Positions 28,438 to 37,990 of a stretch of 64,000 nt of DNA are shown piece by piece. The notes beneath the pieces are model-generated. The model was given only the letters and a program-made list of their open reading frames with translations. It searched no databases and was not told the DNA's origin. Origin of the DNA: Anaerolineales bacterium (lineage in GTDB: Bacteria; Chloroflexota; Anaerolineae; Anaerolineales; UBA11858); NCBI GenBank assembly GCA_024763275.1, contig JANTFT010000004.1, positions 25,774 through 89,773 on the forward strand. Reading direction: 5' to 3'. Position 1 is the stretch's first letter; every line of letters begins with the position of its first letter. The translations under genes were made by a program, and so were the position numbers.

Positions 28438-28465
28438 ATTATACAGGAAGGTGAGGGATTGACAA
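28438..28465 (-). promoter_or_regulatory. sigma70-type promoter of the serS T-box leader
   Basis: Minus strand: TTGTCA (28465-28460), a 16-nt spacer, then TATAAT (28443-28438). Confidence 0.6.
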
Positions 28466-28592
28466 GTGGAGCGGCATCGGCCCTGAAGTGGGCGTTTGGC
28501 CTCCTTCGGGGAATATGCTATACTTGTTGGGAGTTTGATTCCCGAATTTCCCTCCAGAACAGGGGGAGCGGAACCGCAGCTTGCTATAGACC

Positions 28593-29726
28593 ATGAGATT
28601 TAACCTGAAGTTGTATTTTGAGACCATCAAGTATGCCTTTTTTAAATCCGAAGGCACACCCGCCAGACTGACCCCTAAAAGGTTTTTCATCAATCTGTTC
28701 ATCTTTTTATTCTGGCCGGCCTGGCAGCTCGGTGTCCGGATCGCTTACTTGCTGGACAACCTCTTTTATCCTGAGTACCATGATCAGGCAGTCAAAGAGC
28801 CGGTTTTCATTGTGGGGAATTTCCGCTCCGGCACCACATTTCTGCACCGGATGCTGACCAAGGATGACCAATCAACCAGTTTTACCAGCTGGGAACTTTA
28901 CCTGGCCCCCTCCGTGGTGGGCAGAAAGTTCTACTCCTGGTTGATGAAGATCAATTATGCCCTTGGAAATCCTGTCCGCTGGGTGATCGATATCTTCAAC
29001 CATATTGTGGAGAAAGAGGCCTATATGCACAAGATTGGCCTGACGGAGCCGGAAGAGGACGGCCAGGTGCTGTTCCAGATCTGGTCCTCCTTTGACCTGC
29101 TGGCCTTTTTCCCTTTCCCGAAGCTGATCAGGAAATATATCTATTATGATGACCAGGTCCCGGATGACGTGAAAAGGCGCGATATGGCCTACTATTCCGA
29201 GATCGTCAAGAAACATATCTACGCCCACAACGGCAGACGCTACATCTCCAAGAACCCCAGCCATTCCCCCAAGGTGAAGACCCTCCACCAGCAGTTCCCG
29301 GACGCGAAATTCATCAACCTGGTCCGTAATCCTCTCCAGGTGATCCCTTCCTCGATCAGTCTGTTCTCCAAGCACTGCCGCACTTACGGCAACCCCGAAT
29401 CGGAATATAATCTCCAGGAAGAGGTCATCGAACACAGCAAATACTGGTATTACTATCCCCACCAATATCTTAAAAACCTTCCCCCGGACCAGTATATCCG
29501 GATCCAGTACCGGGATCTGGTGGCGGACCCGAAAGGGACGGTGGAGCGGATCTACCAGCAGCTGAACCTGGATCTCAGCCCAGGCTTTGCCCGGATCCTG
29601 GAGGCAGAAGCGGAGAAGGCCAAATCCTTTAAAAGTGAGCACCACTATTCGCTGCGTAAAATGGGCGTAAGTAAAAAGAGAATCGAGCAGGAATTCAGAT
29701 TTATCAGTGAGCAGCTGGAACCCTGA
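28593..29726 (+). CDS. sulfotransferase-family protein
   Basis: 377 aa. PAPS 5'-phosphosulfate-binding loop VGNFRSGTTFLHRML and a downstream RNP...S region. Confidence 0.8.
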   Translation: MRFNLKLYFETIKYAFFKSEGTPARLTPKRFFINLFIFLFWPAWQLGVRIAYLLDNLFYPEYHDQAVKEPVFIVGNFRSGTTFLHRMLTKDDQSTSFTSWELYLAPSVVGRKFYSWLMKINYALGNPVRWVIDIFNHIVEKEAYMHKIGLTEPEEDGQVLFQIWSSFDLLAFFPFPKLIRKYIYYDDQVPDDVKRRDMAYYSEIVKKHIYAHNGRRYISKNPSHSPKVKTLHQQFPDAKFINLVRNPLQVIPSSISLFSKHCRTYGNPESEYNLQEEVIEHSKYWYYYPHQYLKNLPPDQYIRIQYRDLVADPKGTVERIYQQLNLDLSPGFARILEAEAEKAKSFKSEHHYSLRKMGVSKKRIEQEFRFISEQLEP

Positions 29727-30045
29727 ACCAAGGCATGTGGTTTGCCGTTTTCTCCCCGTGAAGGCAGATGATCGATCCCGGATCGGGAGGGAAGATCCCA
29801 TTGATAATCAGCGTGAACAATTCCCGGGGCAATGGGGCTGCTATTACCAGAGCTTTCGCTGATGTGGTTGTGTTCCAGGCATATAACAGACAGCTGTTAA
29901 GACCCTTTTTTCTGGTTCCTGCGGCAATTTTCAAGACCTGCTCCCGGACAATTTCCCTCAGATTCCCCTCTTGACCCCTTGAGGTTGGGAGATAGTCGCA
30001 AGCCAGGAATATATAACCGGTGAGATACTAAGAGGAGCAATCCAG

Positions 30046-31518
30046 ATGATCAAGACCCCGGACTGGGTGAAGGACGCGGTGTTCTACCAGATATTTCCAG
30101 ATCGTTTCGCGCGGGTTCCCCAACCTGGGGACGAATATCTGAATCTGGAAAGCTGGGATTCTCCACCCACAATCTACGGCTTCAAGGGCGGCAACCTGGC
30201 TGGCGTGCTTGATAAACTGGATTATCTGGCGGATCTGGGGATCACGGCGATCTATTTCAACCCGATCTTTTCCTCCCCGGCCAATCACCGCTACCATACC
30301 TACGATTACTACAACGTGGACCCTTTGCTGGGGGGCAATGAGGTCTTCCGAACACTGCTTGCTGAAGCTCATAAACGCGGCATCCGCATTGTGCTGGATG
30401 GTGTCTTCAATCACGCCAGCAGGGGTTTCTGGCAGTTCAACCACACCCTGGAAAACAAAGCGGCCTCTCCCTATGTGGATTGGTTCCATTTTGATGAGGA
30501 CCGGCTTTCGGGAAAAAAGCCCTGGAACGCTTACGGCGAAGTTTCCCCGGAGGAAGATTCCCTCACGGCCTGTGGATACCAAGCCTGGTGGAACCTGCCG
30601 GCGCTGCCGAAATTCAACTTCAACTTTCCCGCGGTCCGCGCTTTCATCTTAGATGTGGCTGAATACTGGATCGATTTTGGAGTCGACGGCTGGCGGCTGG
30701 ATGTTCCGGAAGAGATCGATGACCCTGAATTCTGGCGGGAGTTCAGAACCCGAGTGAAAGCCATTAACCCACAAGCTTATATCGTGGGCGAGATCTGGCA
30801 CGAGGCCAGGAGCTGGTTGCAGGGGGACCAGTTTGATGCCGTGATGAACTACCCGATCACGCTGGCTTCGCTGGGGTTCTTCGGTAAATCCGGTATAAAT
30901 TTCGATCAGGACAGCCCGGTAGGGGATTACCATCATCCGATCGAACCGCTCACAGGCGAGGAATTCTCTGCCAGGCTCGACCAGATCCTGGGCTGGTATG
31001 ACCCGGAGATCAACCAGGCGCAGTTGAACCTGCTGGAAAGCCATGACACTCCCCGTTTGATCTCTTACGTCGGGGGTGACAGGAATACCCAGAAGCTGGC
31101 TGCCCTGTTGATGTTCACCATTCCGGGAGTGCCCACGATCTACTACGGCTCTGAGATCGGCTTAGATGGACGGAAGGATCCCGATTGCCGGAAATCCTTC
31201 CCCTGGGATGAGCACTTATGGGACCGGGAGCTGCTGAACTACTTTAAATCCCTGATAAAGACCCGCAAACAGCACCCTGCCCTGCGAACCGGGAGCTTCC
31301 AAGCCATCCACGCTGATCTAGAAAGCTATGCTTTCGAGCGCGTCTTGGACGGGGAAAGGCTGATCGCTGCCTTCAACGCCGGAGAGCAGGACCATGTGAT
31401 CTCCCTGCCGGCCGAATCCGGGCAGATTGTGTTTGGAGAGGCTGCTGTCTCTTCCACCCAGCAGGGGCTTGAGCTCCGGATCGGACCCCGCCGGGGAGCT
31501 GTCGTCAAGGTGGAATGA
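30046..31518 (+). CDS. GH13 alpha-amylase-family glycoside hydrolase (neopullulanase/cyclomaltodextrinase-like)
   Basis: 490 aa. GH13 regions DGVFNH, GWRLDVPEE, EIWH and ESHD. Confidence 0.9.
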   Translation: MIKTPDWVKDAVFYQIFPDRFARVPQPGDEYLNLESWDSPPTIYGFKGGNLAGVLDKLDYLADLGITAIYFNPIFSSPANHRYHTYDYYNVDPLLGGNEVFRTLLAEAHKRGIRIVLDGVFNHASRGFWQFNHTLENKAASPYVDWFHFDEDRLSGKKPWNAYGEVSPEEDSLTACGYQAWWNLPALPKFNFNFPAVRAFILDVAEYWIDFGVDGWRLDVPEEIDDPEFWREFRTRVKAINPQAYIVGEIWHEARSWLQGDQFDAVMNYPITLASLGFFGKSGINFDQDSPVGDYHHPIEPLTGEEFSARLDQILGWYDPEINQAQLNLLESHDTPRLISYVGGDRNTQKLAALLMFTIPGVPTIYYGSEIGLDGRKDPDCRKSFPWDEHLWDRELLNYFKSLIKTRKQHPALRTGSFQAIHADLESYAFERVLDGERLIAAFNAGEQDHVISLPAESGQIVFGEAAVSSTQQGLELRIGPRRGAVVKVE

Positions 31519-31671
31519 TATGAAAAGACTCAAAGTGCTGTCTGGATTGCTGCTCGAGCTGTTCTTGTTCTCCCCCTGCGGGTCCCCACAATCAGAACTC
31601 ACTCAAGTTGTCGGGGGGGGTAACCTTGCTTCACCGTGGAGTTGAGCTAAACCGAACTCAGGAGATAATCT

Positions 31672-32484
31672 ATGCCAGAACCTGTTTTCCGTGAAAATGT
31701 CACTATCATCACAGGCGCCTCCAGCGGCATTGGGCGAGAGCTGGCTTACCAGCTGGCCGATCAGGGTGCCTGGCTTGTACTGGCAGCCCGCAATCTTGAA
31801 GCCCTTGAATCGGCTGCTGAAATCTGCCGCCAGCGCGGCGGGCGGGCGATCCCGGTCAAAATAGATGTCTCTGACCAGGGGCAATGCCAGAGGCTGATCC
31901 AGCGCACGGTGGATGAATTTGGCCGGGTTGACACCCTGGTCAACAATGCCGGGATCACGATGTGGGCTCTGTTCGAGAATCTCCCCAATGTGGACCTGAT
32001 CGAAAAGATCATGCGGGTGAATTATTTTGGAAGTGTTTACTGTACGCATTACGCGCTACCTTATCTCAAACAGGCCCGGGGCCGGATCGTTGCTGTGGCC
32101 AGCCTGACCGCCCTTAGCGGCGTGCCCACCCGGACAGGATACGCGGCCAGCAAACACGCTGTGAAGGGGTTCTTCGACTCTTTGAGGATCGAACTGGCCG
32201 GCAGCGGTGTCAGCGTCACGATCTCCTACCCTGATTTTGTCGCCACGGGGATGCGCCAGCGCGCTTATGGCGCAGATGGCCTGCCGCTGGGAGAATCCCC
32301 GCTCGAGGAGAGTAAGGTGATGACCACGGAAACGAGTGTGCGTTCCCTGGTCAGAGCGATGGAGAGGCGCAAGCGGGAAGATAAGCAAAATCTGCGGGGG
32401 AAAATCGGGCCCTGGATAAAAATGATCGCGCCGGGTTTGATCGATAAGATTGCCCGGAATGCTGTTCGGCTGGATGAGGGGTAA
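31672..32484 (+). CDS. short-chain dehydrogenase/reductase (SDR)
   Basis: 270 aa. TGASSGIG cofactor motif, NNAG, and YAASK catalytic motif. Confidence 0.9.
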   Translation: MPEPVFRENVTIITGASSGIGRELAYQLADQGAWLVLAARNLEALESAAEICRQRGGRAIPVKIDVSDQGQCQRLIQRTVDEFGRVDTLVNNAGITMWALFENLPNVDLIEKIMRVNYFGSVYCTHYALPYLKQARGRIVAVASLTALSGVPTRTGYAASKHAVKGFFDSLRIELAGSGVSVTISYPDFVATGMRQRAYGADGLPLGESPLEESKVMTTETSVRSLVRAMERRKREDKQNLRGKIGPWIKMIAPGLIDKIARNAVRLDEG

Positions 32485-32600
32485 TATCCTTTTCTGACAG
32501 CGCGTCAATAGCCCGAATGAAGATCATAATTTCGCCTGGGTAATTATCGGTATAATGAATATCCAGTATTTAAAGGCAACTCAGTTGGAGGTCCAGGAAA

Positions 32601-32972
32601 ATGAGTGATAAGTACAGGGATCTAACCCCTGAAGAGCAATATGTGATCCTGGGAAAGGGAACGGAAAGACCTTTTACAGGAGAATATGACGCCTTTTTCG
32701 AAAAGGGCAGCTACCACTGCCGGCAGTGCGGAGCACTGCTTTACCGCTCAGGTGATAAATTCAGATCCGGCTGCGGCTGGCCCAGCTTTGACGATGAGGT
32801 GGAGGGCGCGGTCACCCGGGTGCCGGACGCTGATGGACGGCGGACGGAGATTCTCTGCGCTAACTGCGGCGGGCATCTGGGCCATGTTTTCATCGGGGAG
32901 GAACTGACGCCCAAGAACACCCGCCACTGCGTGAATTCGATCTCCCTGGTCTTCAAACCGGAGAGTGAGTGA
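32601..32972 (+). CDS. msrB: peptide-methionine (R)-S-oxide reductase
   Basis: 123 aa. CxxC...CxxC zinc site and catalytic RHCVNS. Confidence 0.9.
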   Translation: MSDKYRDLTPEEQYVILGKGTERPFTGEYDAFFEKGSYHCRQCGALLYRSGDKFRSGCGWPSFDDEVEGAVTRVPDADGRRTEILCANCGGHLGHVFIGEELTPKNTRHCVNSISLVFKPESE

Positions 32973-33457
32973 TGGAAGCTAAAAAAGCCTATTTCGCCGG
33001 GGGCTGTTTCTGGGGAGTGGAGCATCTTTTCCAGGGAAAACCAGGGGTGGTGGAGGCGGTGTCTGGTTATATGGGGGGAAAGATGGAGAATCCCACCTAT
33101 GAGCAGGTTTGTTCAAAAACTACCGGACACCTGGAGACTGTCGAGGTCACTTACGATCCCGAACAGATCAGCTACGAAGAGCTGGCCAGATATTTCTTCG
33201 AGATCCATGACCCCACCCAGGCGGATGGCCAGGGGCCGGACATCGGTCCCCAGTACCTGTCGGCCGTGTTCTACTCCACTGCAGAAGAGCGGGAAATTGC
33301 CGAGAAGCTGATCGAGATCCTGAAAGGGAAAGGCTACCCGGTCATTACCAAATTGGTCCCCGCGGATAAATTCTGGGAGGCGGAAGATTACCACCAGGAT
33401 TACTACATCAGGAAGAATCAGCAGCCCTACTGCCACCGCTACCAGAGCAGGTTCTAG
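32972..33457 (+). CDS. msrA: peptide-methionine (S)-S-oxide reductase
   Basis: Catalytic GGCFWG near the N-terminus. The ATG overlaps the msrB TGA (TGATG); a GTG at 32969 is an alternative start. Confidence 0.9.
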   Translation: MEAKKAYFAGGCFWGVEHLFQGKPGVVEAVSGYMGGKMENPTYEQVCSKTTGHLETVEVTYDPEQISYEELARYFFEIHDPTQADGQGPDIGPQYLSAVFYSTAEEREIAEKLIEILKGKGYPVITKLVPADKFWEAEDYHQDYYIRKNQQPYCHRYQSRF

Positions 33458-33496
33458 AGGAGCCGGCCGCCAGCGGGCGATTCCCGGGAGGCATGG

Positions 33497-34288
33497 ATGG
33501 AGAATTCAGAGGACAGGATCATCCGCGATACGGTCAAAGAGCGCTACGGGGAAATTGCCCGCCAGGGCTCGAAAGACTCTTGCTGCGGGAGCACATCCGG
33601 CCCCCAGGATCTGATCGAGATACAGACCCAATCGGCATTAATGGGGTATTCAGAGGAGGAGCTCGGCAGCCTTCCGGAAGGAGCGGTGATGGGTCTGGGC
33701 TGCGGGAACCCTCAGGCAATTGCCGCCCTCCAGCCAGGGGAAGTGGTCCTCGATCTGGGCAGCGGGGCCGGTATTGATTGTTTCCTGGCCGCCAAACAGG
33801 TCGGTGACGCCGGGAAGGTGATCGGGATCGATATGACCGCGGACATGATCGCGAAAGCGGAGAAGAACGCCAGACAGGGGGGATATGGGAACGTTGAGTT
33901 TCGGTTGGGATTGATCGAAGAAATGCCCGTGGAGGACAACAGCGTTGATGTGATCATTTCCAACTGTGTCATCAACCTCTCCCCTGACAAGCCTGTGGTG
34001 TTTCAAGAGGCCTACCGGGTATTAAAGCCGGGAGGGCGGCTGGCGATATCTGACATGGTAGCCTCAGCTGATCTGCCTCCTGAGATCAGTGAAGATCTCT
34101 CCCTGTATTCTTCCTGCGTGGCCGGCGCGCTCCCCCTTTATGATCTGCGGGATATTCTGGAGACGGCAGGGTTCAAGGAGATTCAGATCAAACCCAAAGA
34201 CGAGAGCAGGGAGTTCATCAAGAATTGGGCCCCGGACATCCCGGTAGAAGATTATGTTGTCTCAGCAACGCTAGAAGCCGTAAAATAA
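33497..34288 (+). CDS. arsM: arsenite S-adenosylmethionine methyltransferase-like protein
   Basis: 263 aa. N-terminal VKERYGEIA...SCCG Cys pair, SAM motif VLDLGSGAGID, and ISNCVINLSPDK. Confidence 0.8.
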   Translation: MENSEDRIIRDTVKERYGEIARQGSKDSCCGSTSGPQDLIEIQTQSALMGYSEEELGSLPEGAVMGLGCGNPQAIAALQPGEVVLDLGSGAGIDCFLAAKQVGDAGKVIGIDMTADMIAKAEKNARQGGYGNVEFRLGLIEEMPVEDNSVDVIISNCVINLSPDKPVVFQEAYRVLKPGGRLAISDMVASADLPPEISEDLSLYSSCVAGALPLYDLRDILETAGFKEIQIKPKDESREFIKNWAPDIPVEDYVVSATLEAVK

Positions 34289-34321
34289 TATAGGCCGCAT
34301 TTTCCAGGACTGAAAACCCAC

Positions 34322-34358
34322 CCCGCCTGCTGGCGACCCGAAGGCGGGTTTTTCTTTT
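34322..34358 (+). terminator. rho-independent terminator after arsM
   Basis: Stem CCCGCCT / AGGCGGG followed by TTTTTCTTTT. Confidence 0.75.
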
Positions 34359-34419
34359 GGTCTCCCCTAATAAAAAGATAAAAGGCGGTTATGATAAAGG
34401 CAGGAGCAGGAGGTCATCC

Positions 34420-35061
34420 ATGAAAACGATCAATCTGGAAGATTGGCCCCGGCGGGACCACTACTTGTTTTTCAAGGAATTCGAATACCCTTATTTCAGC
34501 CTTTGCGCTGATATGGACATCACCCGCTTTCTAGCGTCTATCAAAGGAAAGGGAATCTCCTTTACAGGCTCAATCATGTATCTGATCGCCCGGGTGGCTA
34601 ACAGCATCCCGGAATTCCGCCAGCGTGTCCGGGAAAGAGACCCAATCGAGCACGAAGTAGTCCACCCGTCGGCAACCATCCTTTCCAAGGAAAATTATTT
34701 CACTTTCTGCACAGTGGAATATCACCTTGATTTCGAACGCTTTATCAGTGATGCGGAAAAAGCGATCACGGGGGCTAAAAACCAGCTTTCGCTGGAGGAA
34801 AAATACCCCGATGACAGAGTGCTTTTCATGTCTCCGATGCCCTGGGTATCCTTTACAAGTTTCATGCATCCCCTGAAATTATGTCCGGGAGATTCTGTTC
34901 CCCGTTTTGCCTGGGGAAAATACCGGGAAGAAAACCAGAAAACGGTAATGCCGCTTGCGGTTCAGGGACATCATGCGGTGATGGATGGCCTGCACCTCGG
35001 GCTGTTCTATAAGGAATTTCAGGCCCTGCTCAATGGACCGGAGCTGATTGACGGTCTGTAA
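34420..35061 (+). CDS. cat: chloramphenicol O-acetyltransferase (type A CAT) family protein
   Basis: The ATG at 34420 follows AGGAGG. WPRRDHYLFF at the N-terminus and the catalytic region AVQGHHAVMDGLH. Confidence 0.8.
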   Translation: MKTINLEDWPRRDHYLFFKEFEYPYFSLCADMDITRFLASIKGKGISFTGSIMYLIARVANSIPEFRQRVRERDPIEHEVVHPSATILSKENYFTFCTVEYHLDFERFISDAEKAITGAKNQLSLEEKYPDDRVLFMSPMPWVSFTSFMHPLKLCPGDSVPRFAWGKYREENQKTVMPLAVQGHHAVMDGLHLGLFYKEFQALLNGPELIDGL

Positions 35062-35112
35062 ACTAGAGGGTCGCGGTGTATAATGACGTCATAGATATAA
35101 AAGGAGTTGAAG

Positions 35113-35607
35113 ATGTATGAGAAGAGTATTGAACTGCTGAACAAGGCAGTCGCTGACGAGATCTACGCCGTTCATCAATACATGTACTTCCACTTCCACT
35201 GTGAGGACCAGGGCTACGGGCTGCTGGCCGGGCTGTTCCTGCGAACGGCCATAGAGGAAATGGGGCACGTAGAGCGCTGCGCAGAGAGAATTATCTTCCT
35301 GGGTGGCGATGTGGAAATGGTGGCGTCAGCAGAGGTTAAGAAAGAGCAGGATGTCAAGAAGATGCTTGGGCAGGCCCGCCAGATGGAGGAGAACAGCGTC
35401 AAGGATTACAATGTCTGGGCTAATGAGTGCTCCGCGGACAACGATGCCGGCTCCCGCAAGGTGTTTGAAGGCCTGGTGGCTGACGAAGAGCGCCATTACT
35501 CCCAGTATGATGATGAGGTCCTCAAGATCGAAAAATTCGGGGAGCGCTATCTGGCACTCCAGTCCATGGAGGGCAGCTGGGGTGCCGCTCCTGACAGCGG
35601 AGAGTAA
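35113..35607 (+). CDS. bfr: bacterioferritin / ferritin-like protein
   Basis: LLNKAVADEIYAVHQYMYFH and di-iron ligand pattern E..H (EEMGHVE, EERH). The ATG at 35113 follows AAGGAG. Confidence 0.8.
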   Translation: MYEKSIELLNKAVADEIYAVHQYMYFHFHCEDQGYGLLAGLFLRTAIEEMGHVERCAERIIFLGGDVEMVASAEVKKEQDVKKMLGQARQMEENSVKDYNVWANECSADNDAGSRKVFEGLVADEERHYSQYDDEVLKIEKFGERYLALQSMEGSWGAAPDSGE

Positions 35608-35614
35608 ATCACCA

Positions 35615-35645
35615 GGGACGCCGGCTCCGGCGTCCCTTTTTTTAT
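35615..35645 (+). terminator. rho-independent terminator after bfr
   Basis: GGGACGCC-GGCTCC-GGCGTCCC followed by a T7 run. Confidence 0.8.
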
Positions 35646-35744
35646 TTAATTGGCAGCACTAGGAGCCGAGTAATTTGACATCCCGGCTGTTTTTTTCTAC
35701 AATAAAAATCAGACAGATCCTTTGTTTGCTTTACGGGGGTTTTG

Positions 35745-37067
35745 ATGGCCGCGAACACAAGCGAACCCAACCATTTTTGTATGATCGTATTTCTGCTGCT
35801 AGCAGGAATGGCCTTCCTGCCAGGATGCGGACCTTCTTCAGATGGGAGTAAGGGGCCAGCCAGCCTATATCCCCCAGAACCTGGACCGGCCGCTGTGATC
35901 GTGAAAGATGCCCGCTCTGACGGTGATCATGGAAACTGGAGGAGCCAGTACCTTAACGGGGGAGTCTGGGCGGATGCCTGGTTCGCAAATCAGTATGAAC
36001 GGCCCTTCTCAGCTCTTGATATGGCTTACCAGCCGCAGCTGGACATTCTGGAGGCCCGGGTACGCCCCGGGGAGGATTGGACGGTTTTTGAAGTTCAAGT
36101 CGTTAGCTCGGCGAAGGGAGAAAAAGTATATATCTCTCTGGAGCTGGACACCGACCTGGACAATCGGCCGGACCTACTGATCCTGACCCGGGTCCTGGAA
36201 GAAATAACCTGGAATGATGGCATGATCACAATCCTGGTCGATCCCAACCGGGATGCTGGAGGCGATCGACCCCGGTTGGCAGAACCCTATAATGAGGCCT
36301 GGAACGGTTTTGAGGACAGCTACGATGCCCGACCGGGTGAAGGATCCAAAGCTTTTGTCAGGCGGTCGCCGGAATCGGATTCGACCTACCAGATCGCGCT
36401 GGCGAATGAACTCCTGGGGGGAGGGCGGTTTGTCTGGCGGGTCTGGCTGGAAGGAGGGATCTTTCATCCCGGCTGGGTGGAATATAATGACCACTTCACT
36501 CTGGAAGAAGCGGGCTCACCGTATCTTTTCAGCCCGAATTATCCCCTCAAAGCCCTGGCTTCTCTGGACAACACCTGTTTGCATTTCTATGGCGGAGATT
36601 TAGCTCAACCCCAGGCGGGCTACTGCGGGACGATCATAGGGCTTTCTGGAGAGGAGCTGCTGCCGCCTGACGATCAGTATACCGATCCAGCTGGTGAGGA
36701 ACCGATAGCGATCACATTTCCCGGCGGCAGTGACACTCCGGAGCCGGGCTCATTGGTCTTTGACCCCGGGTATTTTTTCCAGCCCACGCCAACACCTAGG
36801 CCCCACCTGGACGAATTCCCGACCATGGAGTTCGTGGTTCCCAGTGGTCCTCAGGACGGGACGGTTGTCGTTGTCTTGACAACGCCATTAGCGATGGAAG
36901 TGGTGACCACGACGCCATTAATGGTAGGAGTGGTGACTACGACGCCATTAGTGATGGAAATGGTGACTCTAACGCCAACGGATATGTTCGATCCCTATCA
37001 GGGTGCGTCTCCCACGCCAACTCCCCGACCGATCTTTGTTTTTGACACCCCTACCCCCACCCCTTGA
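35745..37067 (+). CDS. hypothetical lipoprotein with C-terminal 10-aa tandem repeats
   Basis: Lipobox FLPGC after a hydrophobic signal. No recognised domain. The C-terminus is Thr/Pro-rich with VTTTPLxxxV repeats. Confidence 0.6.
   Translation: MAANTSEPNHFCMIVFLLLAGMAFLPGCGPSSDGSKGPASLYPPEPGPAAVIVKDARSDGDHGNWRSQYLNGGVWADAWFANQYERPFSALDMAYQPQLDILEARVRPGEDWTVFEVQVVSSAKGEKVYISLELDTDLDNRPDLLILTRVLEEITWNDGMITILVDPNRDAGGDRPRLAEPYNEAWNGFEDSYDARPGEGSKAFVRRSPESDSTYQIALANELLGGGRFVWRVWLEGGIFHPGWVEYNDHFTLEEAGSPYLFSPNYPLKALASLDNTCLHFYGGDLAQPQAGYCGTIIGLSGEELLPPDDQYTDPAGEEPIAITFPGGSDTPEPGSLVFDPGYFFQPTPTPRPHLDEFPTMEFVVPSGPQDGTVVVVLTTPLAMEVVTTTPLMVGVVTTTPLVMEMVTLTPTDMFDPYQGASPTPTPRPIFVFDTPTPTP
36873..36980 (+). 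repeat. 30-bp in-frame tandem repeat (about 3.5 copies) inside the lipoprotein gene
   Basis: Copies start at 36873, 36903, 36933 and 36963 (GTGAC(C/T)ACGACGCCATTA...). They encode VLTTPLAMEV / VTTTPLMVGV / VTTTPLVMEM / VTLTP. Confidence 0.85.
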
Positions 37068-37078
37068 GGGTGGGCCCT

Positions 37079-37990
37079 TTATCTATTTCCAAAATCCTGC
37101 GGTTCCAGCGACATCAGGTATAGATATACCGCCCGCAGCTCCAGATCGGACATATAGCGGTAGGAGGTCCAGGGCATGTAGTCCGGGTGGAGAGCCCGGC
37201 CGTGTTTCTCCCCATCCCGGATGATGTCGATGAAGCCTTCTTCCCCCCAGCCGGGAAGACGGCTCCCCGGCCCTGGAGTCAGGTTGCCAGCCGCCGGCCA
37301 TTCGGGAGGAAAGCCGGGGATCTCACCCCCCGACATGCCCAAACCATGGCATACAGGACAGGAGAGGGACAGGTACTGCCCGTAAGCGGCTGTCAATCCG
37401 GGTTCTGGCGGGATGGGGGGAGGATCGTCGTGGGGGATAAGCTCGGCTGGCAGAAAGGTGATCTCCCTCACCAGGTTCATGGCTATGAATCCGGCCGGGG
37501 AGAGCTGGCTGGACCCCGGCTGATTATCCACTGGCTCCTGACTGCGGATGTAGGCCAGCACCGCTCCCAGATCAGCGTCGGATAGGTAATAGAATTCAGC
37601 GGAGGGCATGAACAGCAGCGGCTTGCCCCGGGGATCCAGGCCATGGCGGATGGCCCGGATCAGGTCCAGGTCGCTGCGCTCATCCCCGATCCCCCCTTCA
37701 CCGCTGGTCAGATTGGGGGTAATCACCAGGCCGACAGCGGGATTATCCAGATAGACCAGGCCCCCCAGATCTTCCCCGTGGCAGGCCTCACAGCCCCGGT
37801 AGCGGAAGATGCGCTGGCCTTCCAGCAGGCTGGAGGGGTCCTTGGGAATGGAGACCAGCCTCGACTGGACTGAGTATGTCCGGTTCAAGCGGTACCAGCC
37901 CAGGCCGTAAAGCACCAGTCCCGGAAGCAGGATCAGGCTCAACAGCCCGCCGGTGACTATTGCCAGCCATTTACGCGAGGGCTTCATCAT
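37079..37990 (-). CDS. membrane-anchored dihaem c-type cytochrome
   Basis: 303 aa. N-terminal TM and two CxxCH sites (CEACH, CPVCH). The ATG overlaps the Rieske stop (ATGA). Confidence 0.8.
   Translation of the reverse strand: MMKPSRKWLAIVTGGLLSLILLPGLVLYGLGWYRLNRTYSVQSRLVSIPKDPSSLLEGQRIFRYRGCEACHGEDLGGLVYLDNPAVGLVITPNLTSGEGGIGDERSDLDLIRAIRHGLDPRGKPLLFMPSAEFYYLSDADLGAVLAYIRSQEPVDNQPGSSQLSPAGFIAMNLVREITFLPAELIPHDDPPPIPPEPGLTAAYGQYLSLSCPVCHGLGMSGGEIPGFPPEWPAAGNLTPGPGSRLPGWGEEGFIDIIRDGEKHGRALHPDYMPWTSYRYMSDLELRAVYLYLMSLEPQDFGNR

Noticed and set aside
28872-29801. 309-aa minus-strand ORF opposite the sulfotransferase gene
   Set aside because: It is antisense to a gene that has a clear PAPS-binding loop. 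The sequence is low in complexity and has no SD or motif support.
36873-36980. Possible CRISPR array (regular 30-bp repeats)
   Set aside because: The repeats are directly adjacent with no spacers. They are in frame inside a CDS and are degenerate at codon third positions. This is a coding tandem repeat.
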